64,000 bases of DNA. Origin: Lama glama. Taxonomy: Eukaryota. Position numbers and translations under genes: made by a program. Shown here piece after piece: positions 61,650 through 64,000 of the stretch. Under the pieces are notes generated by a model that was given only the letters and a program-made list of their open reading frames with translations, did no database searches and was not told where the DNA came from. The first letter of the stretch is position 1, and every line of letters starts with the position of its first letter. Location of the stretch: NCBI GenBank assembly GCA_028534125.1, contig CM052817.1, positions 76,634,001 to 76,698,000 on the forward strand, read 5' to 3'.

Positions 61650-63345
61650 CTTTGTTTTCTGTTTATCTTATTTGATATTCTCTGAGCTTCCTAGATCTGT
61701 AGTCTGGTATCTTTCACTAATTTTGAAAAGTTCTCAGCCGTTATTACTTCAAATATTTATTTTGCCTTGTTCTCTCTCTTTTTCTCCTTCTAGAATTCCA
61801 ATTCCATGTATGGTGCACCTTTGGATACTACCCCACACATTCTGGTTGTGCTGTTGAGCTCGCTTTTATTTATTTATTTTTCTTTCTATGTTTCAGTTTG
61901 AGAAATTTCTATCGAGCTGTCTTCAAGTTCACTGATTATTTCCTCAGCTCTGTGGAGTCTAGTACCTGTCAAAGGCATTTGTGTTACTATGTTTTTTTTC
62001 TTATTTCTAGCATTTTCTGTTGGTTCTTTCATATACTTTCCATCTCTCTGCATTACCCACCTGGTCTTGCATGTTATCTAACTTTTCCATTAGTAGACCT
62101 TTACATATTAACCATAGCTGTGCTAAATTCCTTGTCTGATCATTCCAACACCTGTGTCTTTTCTGAGCATAGTTCTGAAGCTTGCTTTGGGTCCTCAAAA
62201 TGTTTTTTGTTTTGGGGTTTTTTTTTTTTTTTGCCTTTTAGCTTATGTTGGAATTTTTTGTTGAAAGCTGGATGTGTTGTATTAGATACTCAAATAAATA
62301 GGACTTTAGTACAAGGCTTTATGTTAACATGGCTAGGAGCTGGGTTGTGTTTAGTTTGTTATAGCTGTTAGGTACCAGACATGTCTAATTCTTCTAGTGT
62401 TCTTGTTTTTGTCTCTTGACTTGAGATTTTAGGCTTCTCCTTATACTGCTCCTCAGAGACTGTCTGTGTCTTGCAGTTCTTTCTGTTGTCATCCACTCTT
62501 AAACTGGAATTTTGGTGTGATGATGGGGCATGGGGAAGAGGGCACATTCTATATCATTCTAGTTAAGACTCAGTCTTTTAATGGGCCAGTGTCTTGAGGG
62601 TGTGGTCTTTACAAGTATTTCTGTCCCTCCTCCAGGGGGAAACCTTGTTTTCTCCCTCCCCCTTACACTCTTCCCTGGCTATAGTATTCCCAATATACTT
62701 TCTTAAAAACATCATCCCTCTTAAGTTTGATGTTTTGTTTATTTCTTTTCAATGATTTTTGTTGTTGTTCTTACACATTTGTTTTTCCCCTAAGTGACAC
62801 AGAAAAGCTGAAGCTGGAGTGAAATTGCTTTCCCTTAACTGCGATACATTTTCAGAACTGCCGCCTGGCAAATTCATTCCCCCTGGAGACTAGGCTTTGT
62901 AGGGAAAAAAGTCTGAGCAAGTTTCCCGGTGGCTGTGATAGCCCTCCTCCAGCCAGGGCCAGGAGGAGCTTTTTCTCAGAGGCTCACTGGCTAACCTGCT
63001 GGGGGTCCTGGTGTAAAAGCCTAATAAGGGTGGGACCCACCTATGACAGAAACCTTTGGGAGTTTTTTGCTCCTATGTTAGCCCACACAGCCTCAGCAAT
63101 TCATCCAAATAACCACTTAACTTTTCCCACCATCTTTTAAATTCCAAAGGCTTCTGCTCCAGGTCAATCTCAGGAGTTGTTTCTCTCCTGATGCCTGACT
63201 CTCTAGCATTTAGGGTGACCATTTGCCCAAAGATCAGCTCTCCTATAGGTCTAAGAAAAGCTGACTTTCAGTTTGCCCTACTTTTTATTGTTGTAAGAGT
63301 AAGAGTAACAATTTCTAAGTTTGTCAGAACTGAACTAGAAATCTC
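61650..63345 (-). mobile_element. L1MC/L1MD-type ORF1 plus 5' region
   Basis: Reversed ORF1 text (ttttgaaaagttctcagccgttattacttcaaatattt; minus ORF LMEKLDNMQDQVGN). The 5' part resembles 36620-36780. Confidence 0.8.
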
Positions 63346-64000
63346 ATCTCCTTGGTTTTTGTTTGTGTCCCTACATCTGTCTCCTGCTTTTCTAACAGTC
63401 TTTTTTAAGTGTTCAATTGGATCAAACTATGGAGATGAACTAGGAATTATTTGGAAAGTGTTATTTTCAATCCCCCTAGTTAGTTTAGTGAGTTATGAAA
63501 TGGCTAAATGCAAAGTACTGATTCACAAATTCCTCAAGCTTTACAAGGAAGATAGGAAATTTTAGTATGGTTGTCCTAATGAGGAACGAATGGGAACCCT
63601 GTTGATCATGATCTTAGTCTCATCAGGACTTTGAAAGCAGTTCTTGTGGCCTTATATTTAAAGTTTCTCAATTAGAAATAGTGATATCAGTCTAGGAAGG
63701 AACAAATGCTCTGATCCATAGCAGGCGAGAAGGATAAGATTCTCAGTCAGGTACTTTGTGATAGCTGATCTCACCAGCATTAGACTCAAGAGAGAGCAGA
63801 TCTTCAGACATAGACTACTATTGCCAATCCTGTCCCACTGAAAAATAAATACCCTAGACAATTCAATTTTTTTCTCTTCCCCAAAAGAGCACAGTCATAG
63901 GTTTTTGATATTTTATTTTTTGTTACATGTGGCATATGCTTTGCTGTTATAGCATTTTAAAATTAGAATTATTTCTTATAGTATAGCTTAGACGAGCCTT

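Noticed and set aside
61898..62371. 157-aa hydrophobic ORF
   Set aside because: Antisense reading of T-rich L1 ORF1 sequence; the hydrophobicity follows from base composition.

Overview
This is AT-rich eutherian genomic DNA, most likely camelid: two tRNA-derived SINEs look like vic-1, and there are artiodactyl-type L1 3' ends and Tigger1 MITEs. No recognisable protein-coding gene, RNA gene, CRISPR array or prokaryotic system is present, and the ORF track is explained by transposon relics, chance ORFs and a 500-N gap. Much of the window is layered transposon fossils. These include a near-full-length dead Tigger1 nested in an old L1 5' region, three Tigger MITEs, a fragmented L3/CR1, a near-complete MaLR provirus, an ERVL gag relic, many LTRs, L1/L2/MIR fragments and several young L1/SINE insertions with clear TSDs. 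The best leads not explained by repeats are: (1) four strong plus-strand splice-site sets at 3.5-7.3 kb that could give a 61-aa peptide with a hydrophobic N-terminal stretch; (2) an unexpectedly CpG/GC-rich patch at the L1-Tigger1 junction; (3) a full CRE upstream of a minus-strand exon-like unit; (4) a perfect 20-bp-stem hairpin at 60.4 kb; and (5) a repeat-poor block at 46-51 kb. Repeat family names come from my recall of consensus sequences, not a search, and old-element boundaries are approximate.
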